64,000 nt of DNA from Bacilli bacterium (lineage in GTDB: Bacteria > Bacillota_I > Bacilli_A > RF39 > UBA660), in contig JAFZKH010000009.1 in the NCBI GenBank assembly GCA_017553685.1, forward strand, positions 36,945 to 100,944. The letters are read 5' to 3'. Under the pieces are notes generated by a model. That model was not told the DNA's origin and made no database searches. It saw only the letters and a program-made list of their open reading frames with translations. Position 1 is the stretch's first letter; every line of letters begins with the position of its first letter. The position numbers and the translations under genes were made by a program. Positions 20,069 through 30,961 of this stretch are shown here, piece by piece.

Positions 20069-21394
20069 TTATAGTTCAAAGCCATCGTCTTTTTCTTTAT
20101 CTTTTTTATCGTTATAAAATTCTTCTGCATATTCATCCATTTCATCATTAATATGCTTGGTTGCTTTTTCAATTTCTTTTTTATTAAATAGATTAAATCC
20201 TTTAAATCTACTTTCTTCTTTTCTTTTAACTTCAGGATCGTATTGTTGTTTAAAATATTTTAAATCTAAACTACTATGATTAAATAATCTTTCAACAATG
20301 TTTTGAATAAATTCAGGAAGTTTTTTTAATATTTTATTTAAATGATAAATAAGATAATCAGTTTTTTCTTTCAAACTTTTATATTGATTTTCATATTGGT
20401 AGTTTAATCTTTTTAAAGCTTCATTTTCTTCTTTTAATTTTTCATTCTCATCCCAAAGTTGATTTTTAGATTTAATAATAATTTTATTATTAATTTTTTT
20501 CTTTTTATCAATTTCATCACTTATATCGCTTTTATCTTTATTAAGTTTGGTTATTTGTTTATTAATAGATTCTTTATTATCTTCTAAATTAGATACTTCA
20601 TTTTCAAGATTAGAGATTTCTTGTTTAAGACCCTTAACTTTTTCATTATAGACTTTTCTTTCGAATGGAGTAATATCTCGATTTTTTCCTTTTTGTTTTT
20701 CTTTAAGTTTTGAATCCATACCATAAGCAATATTAAATTCATTAATACATCTTTCTCTCATTTTATCTTGAATAACAACTAGTGATTCTTTTGTGAAGAT
20801 AGATGTTTTACCAACTTGTCTTGATAAACCAGTTTTGCAATTTTCTTTAACTGGAACTCCAACTATATGCATATGAGGAGAGTGTTCATCAAAATGTATA
20901 GTAGCATTTGCTATATAAAAGTCTGGAACTATTTCTTTTAAATCTTCTAATTGTTGTTCAAATACTTGCGTCATCTGATATTTATATTCTAAATTTTTAT
21001 CATCCCAATAAACCATATCTCCAAGTTCAATAACTATCTCACAAGCCAGATCATGTTTTGTATCATCACTTATCTTATTAAAGTAATTATCTATTTTTCT
21101 ATCATCTCTAGTTTGTTTATTATTATATTCTAATCTTGCTTCATCAAATAAATCTAAATATAATTCTTTAACATCTTTTGTAATATCATTTGAACCCCTA
21201 ATAGTTTTAATTAGTTCTTGTTTGTTATCGTATAATCTTAAATTATGATGATTAACTTTTCCAAGTTGTCTTACATTTTGAATAGCATTATTACTTTTAT
21301 TAGTTGTTCCTGATAGAGTATTTTTTGCTTCTCGTCTTGCTTTAATAGTTTTATTACTATCATTACCTAAATGAAACGAATAAGATAATTCCAT
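20069..21394 (-). CDS. MOB_V (Mob_Pre) relaxase / plasmid recombination enzyme
   Basis: HNLR, HFDEHSPHMH, C-terminal coiled coil. Start adjusted to MELSYSF after AGGAGG. Confidence 0.9.
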   Translation of the reverse strand: MELSYSFHLGNDSNKTIKARREAKNTLSGTTNKSNNAIQNVRQLGKVNHHNLRLYDNKQELIKTIRGSNDITKDVKELYLDLFDEARLEYNNKQTRDDRKIDNYFNKISDDTKHDLACEIVIELGDMVYWDDKNLEYKYQMTQVFEQQLEDLKEIVPDFYIANATIHFDEHSPHMHIVGVPVKENCKTGLSRQVGKTSIFTKESLVVIQDKMRERCINEFNIAYGMDSKLKEKQKGKNRDITPFERKVYNEKVKGLKQEISNLENEVSNLEDNKESINKQITKLNKDKSDISDEIDKKKKINNKIIIKSKNQLWDENEKLKEENEALKRLNYQYENQYKSLKEKTDYLIYHLNKILKKLPEFIQNIVERLFNHSSLDLKYFKQQYDPEVKRKEESRFKGFNLFNKKEIEKATKHINDEMDEYAEEFYNDKKDKEKDDGFEL

Positions 21395-21454
21395 ACTTTT
21401 ACACCTCCTTAAATTATGAATATTGAAATGGCACGAAAGTGGCTTTGTCATTAT

Positions 21455-21515
21455 TCATAACTTCCTATATATCTTGTCAGAGACAAGATATGGAAGCTAA
21501 GGTTTACCACCTTAG
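21455..21515. other. Candidate oriT region (inverted repeats upstream of relaxase)
   Basis: atatcttgtc-aga-gacaagatat and ctaagg-tttacca-ccttag immediately 5' of the relaxase gene. Confidence 0.45.
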
Positions 21516-21739
21516 AAACCGTTTATACTTTATTTCGTAATAACTATAAATAGTTAAAACTACATAAAGTATTGATAAAATAGAAAGCACTGCTTTTTAT
21601 TTTATCTATGTAAATTATTCAAATAACAATAATTATTTTCATAATTTATTTAAACAAACTTTTCCCACTTTCATTGAACGGAGTTCAACAAAACGTGTTC
21701 GTTTGTTATTACTTTTTTAGAAAAAGTAAACAAAAACTT

Positions 21740-23668
<1,929 letters not shown>

Positions 23669-23687
23669 TCAATCACTCCTTTTTACT

Positions 23688-23739
23688 AAAAAAGAGGAGA
23701 CAATAGTATTTAATAAAGTCTAAATACTACTGACTCCTC
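23688..23739 (-). terminator. Hairpin plus U-run directly upstream of the recombinase RBS
   Basis: gaggagtcagtagtattta / taaatactattgtctcctc followed by tttttt on the minus strand. Confidence 0.7.
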
Positions 23740-23787
23740 AATTAATTCAATATTATAATTTTTCGATATATTATGTTTTATCTTCAT
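23710..23787 (-). CDS. Putative 25-aa leader peptide MKIKHNISKNYNIELIEESVVFRLY
   Basis: GGAGGT RBS, and stop codon lies in the hairpin. Not in the ORF track. Confidence 0.45.
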   Translation of the reverse strand: MKIKHNISKNYNIELIEESVVFRLY

Positions 23788-23832
23788 AGATGTACCTCCA
23801 TTTCTAGAGCATACCTCTTTCATTGGTTATAT

Positions 23833-23860
23833 ATAATATCATTTTTTAAAGATTTGTCAA
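23833..23860 (-). promoter_or_regulatory. Promoter for the recombinase leader
   Basis: TTGACA-16 nt-TATTAT with extended -10 TG. Confidence 0.7.
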
Positions 23861-23908
23861 TTCCCTGATTAGGGAATAGTAGTATTAGTGAAGTTGATAT
23901 TATACTAA

Positions 23909-24184
23909 TTATTTAAGTTTCTTTATATAATCTTTTAAATCTTTTATCTCAATAGAGTTTGATAAATTACCGATATATAATGTTTTAGAATAATTAAATG
24001 CTAGAAAAGTTATTCCTTTAATAATAACTCTATGTGGTTCAATATAAGATAGATTGCTATGTTCTATATTTCTTATGTTTCCATTAATTATCTTTGGTTT
24101 AGTATTACAAAAATCACATATAAACTCAATTTTTCTTTTTAATTCATCTTCAAACTCTAATGGTTTAGTAATAATATTAATCAT
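23909..24184 (-). CDS. Hypothetical 91-aa protein with CxxC at the element end
   Basis: RBS GAAAGGA and CDFC motif. Confidence 0.65.
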   Translation of the reverse strand: MINIITKPLEFEDELKRKIEFICDFCNTKPKIINGNIRNIEHSNLSYIEPHRVIIKGITFLAFNYSKTLYIGNLSNSIEIKDLKDYIKKLK

Positions 24185-24208
24185 AAAATCTGTCCTTTCT
24201 CAAACAAA

Positions 24209-24241
24209 AAAATATCAACTTCATTTAGAAATTGATATTTT
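24209..24241 (-). terminator. Terminator downstream of tRNA-Cys
   Basis: aaaatatcaa..ttgatatttt stem followed by a U-run on the minus strand. Confidence 0.65.
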
Positions 24242-24283
24242 CTATGTTAAGTTCAAACATAAAAGTTCGAACAGATTTCCCAA

Positions 24284-24357
24284 TGGAGGACCTAGTCGGA
24301 TTTGAACCAACGATCAGGGAGTTGCAGTCCCGTGCCTTACCACTTGGCTATAGGTCC
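24284..24357 (-). tRNA. tRNA-Cys (GCA)
   Basis: GGACCTA..TAGGTCC TCCA, anticodon loop CTGCAAC. Confidence 0.96.
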
Positions 24358-24404
24358 ATCGCATGTTTAATTATACCAAAAGAATTGTTTAATTACAACA
24401 ATTT

Positions 24405-24917
24405 TTATTCATCTTTATATGGTTTTTCATCGTCTTGATCAAAACTATATGAAAGTGTTGTTTCTTCTGCTTCTGTATAATCTTTCTTACCATACTTTTC
24501 TTTAATACGAAGTAAATACTCAGAAAGATTTGTTTCTATTTCAGGTAATGCTTTTGGATCAATATTAGATAATGCTATAAACTCTTTAACAGTATCTATA
24601 TATGCTTTACCAAATATAATTCCCTTATAAATAGAAAAGTCATTAAATAAATCTGGAGTAATTGATTTTAAATTATATCCAGGAATAACTCTTTTTTGAG
24701 CAATTAATATTCTCTTATTTGTAAGAGCTACTATACATGAAGAAAATATATCAAATGGATTTGGGTTCTTTTGAGCCGCAAATAAATAGAATATTTCTTC
24801 ATCTGGATTTAAATGTTTTTCCATTACTTTAGCATGTTGTGAAACTCTCCATACTATTGTTAATGGATACTTTGATAAAAAATCATTTACTTGTTTATCA
24901 ATGTTATATTTTTCCAT
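24405..24917 (-). CDS. Bacterial PH-domain protein (bPH/YokE-like)
   Basis: LNPDEEI, IVALTNKRILIAQK. Confidence 0.7.
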   Translation of the reverse strand: MEKYNIDKQVNDFLSKYPLTIVWRVSQHAKVMEKHLNPDEEIFYLFAAQKNPNPFDIFSSCIVALTNKRILIAQKRVIPGYNLKSITPDLFNDFSIYKGIIFGKAYIDTVKEFIALSNIDPKALPEIETNLSEYLLRIKEKYGKKDYTEAEETTLSYSFDQDDEKPYKDE

Positions 24918-24928
24918 AATAGTACCTC

Positions 24929-25438
24929 CTATTTTACTCTATTTAAAACTTCTAAAGTTTCTATAGCTAAATATTTAGCTTTTTCATCATCTTCATTATA
25001 TTCTTTTAGAAGTTCTATAGCTTCTTCTTTATCTATAAAGAATCCTCTTAAACTATCTTGTTTTTCTAATTTAGTTTGATGAAAATATTCTATATCATCA
25101 GATCTAGTAACACCTGTAAAATAATAAGTATTAACTAATCTATTTTGAATAGTTCCATCTACTATATCATAATCTCTAAGATAATTTTTAACTAATAAAA
25201 ATGGTTCATCACTATCTAGAACTACATCTATATTAGTTTCTTCTTTAACTTCTCTAATAATAGTGTCTTTTGGAGTTTCACCTTGTTCCATTTTACCACC
25301 TGGTAAAAAGTAAACTCTATTGAATCTGCAAAGAACAAATTCACCACTAGTATTTCTAAGAACAATTCTAGCTTTATCTAAAACCTCTGTAATTTCATCT
25401 GGTTTTAATCTTGATTTATTAAATACTACTTCTTCCAT
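24929..25438 (-). CDS. NUDIX hydrolase
   Basis: GGKMEQGETPKDTIIREVKEET. Confidence 0.92.
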   Translation of the reverse strand: MEEVVFNKSRLKPDEITEVLDKARIVLRNTSGEFVLCRFNRVYFLPGGKMEQGETPKDTIIREVKEETNIDVVLDSDEPFLLVKNYLRDYDIVDGTIQNRLVNTYYFTGVTRSDDIEYFHQTKLEKQDSLRGFFIDKEEAIELLKEYNEDDEKAKYLAIETLEVLNRVK

Positions 25439-25471
25439 ATTGTTCCTCCTACTTTAAGTATAACATATATA

Positions 25472-27130
25472 TTAGATTAAGTTAAATCTTTCTTTTATTT
25501 TTTCTTTACCAATTAACTTTAATAATTCATATAGGTCTGGAGTCATAGATCTAGTTGTTAAAGATACTCTAATAACAGTAGATACATCTGCTACATTACC
25601 TTTATAATTATCTGGATTTTCTTTATAATCTTTCATATTTGATGCATAACCTAGTTCATCACATAATTTTTGAATATTACTAAACCAAGTTTCTTTATCA
25701 TCATTATCATTATAATATTTATCTATATAAGTATTAATTATATTTCTAATTTCATCTTTATCAGTAATTGATTGATAATCATATCCATATTCATCTTTAT
25801 ATTTAGTAAATAATTCATCATACATATACCAAATTTGACCTTTAACATCAGAATACTTTTCATAGTCTTTTCTTGGTTTCTTTTGTTCTCTTTCTATGTT
25901 AAAGATTGCTTTAGAATAATCAGGATATTTAACTAATACATCTTTTAATTCTTCATCAAATTTAGTAGCATAATCTAAAGTAGCATCATATACTTCATCT
26001 TTAGTAAGTCTACTAATATAATTTTTAGAAATATTATATAACTTTGGTAAATCAAATAACGATCCAGATGATGCAGAACATTTTTTAAATTCAAATTTAA
26101 AATCATCTATATTACCATTTGGATTTTGATCTAACCAACCTTCAAAGTTAGAATTAGCTACAGTAGCTAAATATAACATAATAGCTTCTTTAGGTACACC
26201 TGCATTAGTAAAATAATCTACTGATGCTTCTGGATCTTTTCTTTTACTTAATTTTCTAATAGTACCATTATCATTTTTAGTAAGTGGTGCTATATGAGCA
26301 TACTTAACTGGTTTAAATCCTAACATTTCAAATAATTGAATATGTTTTGGAAGTGATGATAACCATTCGTCTCCTCTAATAACATGAGTAGTTCTCATTA
26401 AGTGATCATCTATAGCATGTGCAAAATGATATGTAGGTATTCCATCACTCTTAATAATAACTTCATCAATATCATTTTCAGGCATTTCTAAAGTGCCTTT
26501 GATTAAATCATTAACTTTTATTTTATTAAAAAAATTACCTGGAGATTTTATTCTAATAATATAACTTTCTCCATTATTAATTCTATTTATAACTTCTTCT
26601 TTAGAAAGATTTCTATCTTTAGCATATCTACCATATATACCAAGTCTTTCTTTAGATGCAGATTGTCTTGCTCTTATTTCTTCTAATTCTTCTTTTGATA
26701 AGAAAGATGCATAAGCTTTATCTTCTTCAATTAATTTTTTAGCAAATGCTTTATAGATATCTTCTCTTTTTGTTTGAGTATATGGTCCATAACTACCCTT
26801 TTCTTCAGTTTCAGATATAGGTCCTTCATCAAATGTAACACCAAAAGAAATTAAACTATTAATAATAGATGATACTCCATTTTCAATACTTCTTTCTTGA
26901 TCTGTATCTTCTATTCTAAGAAAGTTTATACCTCCTGTTTGTTTAGCAAATCTAGAACAAAGAAATGATACTAGTAAAGCTCCAATATGTACAAATCCTG
27001 TAGGACTTGGTGCATATCTAGTAACTATTGCTCCTTCAGGTAAATTTCTTTCTGGATACATTGCCTCATATTCTTCCCAAGTATGTTTTACACCTGGTAA
27101 TAGAAAATCAGCATATTCTTTATTTGTCAT
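25472..27130 (-). CDS. gltX: Glutamate--tRNA ligase
   Basis: RYAPSPTGFVHIG, LRIEDTD, HVIRGDEW, KLSKR. Confidence 0.96.
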   Translation of the reverse strand: MTNKEYADFLLPGVKHTWEEYEAMYPERNLPEGAIVTRYAPSPTGFVHIGALLVSFLCSRFAKQTGGINFLRIEDTDQERSIENGVSSIINSLISFGVTFDEGPISETEEKGSYGPYTQTKREDIYKAFAKKLIEEDKAYASFLSKEELEEIRARQSASKERLGIYGRYAKDRNLSKEEVINRINNGESYIIRIKSPGNFFNKIKVNDLIKGTLEMPENDIDEVIIKSDGIPTYHFAHAIDDHLMRTTHVIRGDEWLSSLPKHIQLFEMLGFKPVKYAHIAPLTKNDNGTIRKLSKRKDPEASVDYFTNAGVPKEAIMLYLATVANSNFEGWLDQNPNGNIDDFKFEFKKCSASSGSLFDLPKLYNISKNYISRLTKDEVYDATLDYATKFDEELKDVLVKYPDYSKAIFNIEREQKKPRKDYEKYSDVKGQIWYMYDELFTKYKDEYGYDYQSITDKDEIRNIINTYIDKYYNDNDDKETWFSNIQKLCDELGYASNMKDYKENPDNYKGNVADVSTVIRVSLTTRSMTPDLYELLKLIGKEKIKERFNLI

Positions 27131-27144
27131 TTTTATTCCTCCTT

Positions 27145-27345
27145 AAAACGGAAAAAATACCTACGATGTAGGGACTAATAATAGCGGTACCACCCTACTT
27201 CATAGATATTTCTATGCTCTTTTTAGTTATAACGCTCTCCTAGCGAATAAACTCCAAAGTTTCTTCAAATAAATATCTTAACTTATTTTCACCAACCATA
27301 AGTTCTCTACATAAGTATTTATTTTACTCTTCTTCTTCCTCGTTT
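27145..27345 (-). promoter_or_regulatory. T-box riboswitch upstream of gltX
   Basis: AGAGA/GGTGAAA motifs, GAA-GAA-A bulge (Glu specifier candidate), AGTAGGGTGGTACCGC, terminator. Confidence 0.9.
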
Positions 27346-27367
27346 TTATACATGTATTTTAACATAG

Positions 27368-30300
27368 TTAATCTAATTTAACAAGAGATTTATTATATAT
27401 AGAATATAAATAAATGTTAACTGTTTTATCTTTTACTGATGATATATAATCTTTATACTCTTTTAATTATTTATTATATTTTTCATCATCTATGTTACTT
27501 AATTTATAATCAATTATATCTATATGATCAGAGTACTCTATCATAAGGTCTATTACACCATTAATAATTTTATTATCCTTTTCATAAGAGAACTCTAATT
27601 CTTTATATACTGTGGATTTAGGATCATAATTATATACACTTAAGAAGTCTTTAACTCTGTTATCCTGTGAATTATTAAAGTCTTCATATTCAAATATCTT
27701 GTGGATTTTTGTTCCTTCTTCCATAATATATTGTTCTTCCTTAGATAATATTTTAATATCTTTAGATGCTTTCTCTTTAGATAATAAACTTGAATTATCA
27801 TTTACTTCTTTTACATCTATTACATCATTATTCTTACTAATAGATAATACTTTAGATGTCTCTATTTCATAGTCTTTAGTTAAACTATAATCCTCTATAT
27901 TAATCTCTTTAATATAATCTTTTAAACTAAATGATATTGAGGATAAAATATCTTCAAAAGACCTATAATTAAATCTTATTTCATTTTTTACAAGACCATT
28001 ATCGGAAGTTTTATTTCTTTCCTCATCTTGGTTCATGTCACATAAGATAATCATTTTCTCTTTTGCTCTAGTAAGTGCTACATAGAAAAGTCTAATTCTT
28101 TCAGATATTTCTTCTTTTATATAATTATCCTTTATTAATCCTTTTACTATAGTATCCTTTATTCCATCTTTATATACAGGAATATATATACCATATGTTT
28201 CATCATAAGATATTTTTTCACTTAAATCACTTAGATTAAATTTAGAATATAATCCAGAGTAATAACATATGTTATATTCAAGTCCTTTTGATTTATGTAT
28301 AGTCATTAATTTAACTGAATTACTATCTTCTTTCTTAGAGTCTATAGTAATACTTATTTTTTCATCTATAAGATTATCTAAATAAGTATTAAATGATAAA
28401 ATTGTATGATCTTTTAAAGTCTTAGAAAAGTTAATAATATACTCTAAAGAAGCTAGTTTATTATCTATGTCTCCTACTCTAGGAAGTTTATTAATTATAT
28501 CTAATTTATCTATTATTAATTCAATAATAGAACATATTGATAAACTACTTATTTGATTTGAGATCTCTTTTAATAGTTTAAATGAATCATCTTCAGTAAA
28601 TGAATTATTACTAATTAAATCAAATATCTTTTCATCATCATATTCAAATAAAAAACTTCTTAAAATAGAAACATATCTATGTTTAAATCTATTATCATAA
28701 TTATTAGCAGTTATACTAATTAATACACTAATAATATTCTTAATTAATATAAATATTTCGTCATCATTTATTTCATCATCTTTATATATATCTAATGGAA
28801 CATTAAAATAATTAAATACCTTTTTATATAAATTAAAGTTAGTAGATCTATCCATTAAGATAACAAAGTCTTTATAAGTAGCATCTCTTAGTTCATTATT
28901 ATCTTTATCATATATCTTATATTTATTATTAACTTTATTCATAATATCTTTAATTATTATGAATGCTTCATATTCTTCTTTCTTAAACTTTAATTCTTTT
29001 TTAAAGTCATAATTATATATTTCAAAATTATTATTTTGATCTTTTACTAAGTTTTCAGAATATAATGTATTACCAAATGATAATTGGTTTTCTAAATAAT
29101 TAGTGCCTCCAATTACATTATCCATTATTAAATTAAATATAAGATTAATATTATTTAGGGTTTCTTCTCTTGATCTAAAGTTCTTATTTAAATCAATAGC
29201 TATTCCACCATCATTATTCTTATATTTATCATATTTGTTTTTAAATAATTTTGGATTAGCATTTCTAAATCTATATATAGATTGTTTTAAATCACCAACC
29301 ATATATGCATTATTATTTTCTATTAAAGATATAAATTCTTCTTGAAGATTATTAGTATCTTGATATTCATCTATCATTATTTCTTTAAATGAACTCTTGA
29401 TTTCATTTCTAACATCTTCATTTTCTTTAACTAATTTAATAGCTAATTTTTCTATATCATTAAATGTATATAGATCATTTTGAAATTTATGTTTATCTAG
29501 GTATTCATCTAGTTTTATTAAAATGGAAATAATACATTCAATATAATCTTTAGTATTTATTATTTCTTCTTTAGCTTCATCTAAAGAATTATATTCACAT
29601 ATATTTTTAATATCGTTATAACAATCATTAATATTCTCTTTAATTCTTTTAGCATCATCTTCTAATTTAATAGATATATTCTTTTCAGATGAATTTCTTC
29701 TTATATCTTTATATGTATTAGAGTTAATTAATGGACTATAGAATTCATAAATCTTATCATATACTTCTTTTTCAGTGTAATAAGATAAGTCCTCTAATAA
29801 ATCTTTTAATACTTGGACTCTTCTATTTAATAGATTCATAAATGAATCTATTAAGAAGTTATAATTATCTTCATTATAATAATTAGATATATATTCATTT
29901 AGGAATTTATTCTTATCTGGAACTAAATCTAATTTAGATGATAAATCTAATATTAAAGATTTAATATTATCATCATCTTTAGAACAAAAATCATTTATTA
30001 ACTTTATAAATTTAGAATCATTATTACCATATAATTCATCAAATATAGCACCAACAATATCTTTTTTAACTAAAGTTAAACTAGATGAATCTAATATGTT
30101 TACATTAGGACTAACATCAAGTAAATAATGATATTTTTTAAGCACAGTTAAAGAATAACTATCAAATGTAGTTATATATGATGAATCTATTAAATTATAT
30201 TCATCCATTAAGCCTTCTTTTTTAAGGTTCTTTTTAATTCTTTCTTTCATTTCTTTAGCAGCTAAATTAGTAAATGTAAGAATTAGTAGTTCATTTATTT

Positions 30301-30436
30301 TAGTACCTTCTTTTATCTTACGAATAACTCTATTTGTAAGAACTGCTGTTTTACCTGAACCTGCTCCTGCAGAAACAATTATATTTTTACCTTCTTCATT
30401 AATAGCTAATAATTGTTCATTAGTCCATGTAGGCAT
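27368..30436 (-). pseudogene. addA: AddA helicase-nuclease with in-frame TAA at 27467-27469 (32 further sense codons follow)
   Basis: SAGAGSGKT, IDEYQD, VGDLKQSIYRFR, MTIHKSKGLE, LFYVALTRA, DYK..YNK*LKEY. Confidence 0.85.
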
Positions 30437-30454
30437 ATTAGTTCACCTCCTATT

Positions 30455-30961
30455 CTATATAATTATATTTTCTCCTTTTTCACAATGTTTATAGAATTCA
30501 CTTACTGATATTCCATACTCTGGTTTATCATATTTATAAATACATAAATTCTTATTTATATAATTATTATTTAATTCACATTTAATAAATTTTTCTTTTA
30601 TATCTTTTAAGGCATCCTCTTCAGTATCATATTCATGAATACCTTTAAACTTTTCCCATGCATGTTCAAACCAATAATATTTATTATTATCTTCATATAT
30701 TAAAAATGTATGTGTAGGACATTTATCATTATCATAATGAACAATAAAATAAGTGGTATTCTTTATGTTTTGCTTATCAAGTAAATATCTTTCATACTCT
30801 ACTTGATCCCAACATACTCCAAGTTTACTTTCTTCTATTTCGCTTGGTGATTGTAATCTATAATTATCAGAAAAATCATTATCTACTGAATTATGATATT
30901 TATTATTAACATCTTTATAACCATATTCTATTTCTTCTAAAAGAAGCATTATATTATTCAT
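30455..30961 (-). CDS. Hypothetical protein, transglutaminase/Cys-His-like fold
   Basis: GVCWDQVE, PTHTF, WFEHAW. Confidence 0.6.
   Translation of the reverse strand: MNNIMLLLEEIEYGYKDVNNKYHNSVDNDFSDNYRLQSPSEIEESKLGVCWDQVEYERYLLDKQNIKNTTYFIVHYDNDKCPTHTFLIYEDNNKYYWFEHAWEKFKGIHEYDTEEDALKDIKEKFIKCELNNNYINKNLCIYKYDKPEYGISVSEFYKHCEKGENIII

Noticed and set aside
27467-27469. Possible TAA-to-Gln genetic code reassignment
   Set aside because: TAA is the usual true stop for most genes in the window, and only one such internal stop was found.
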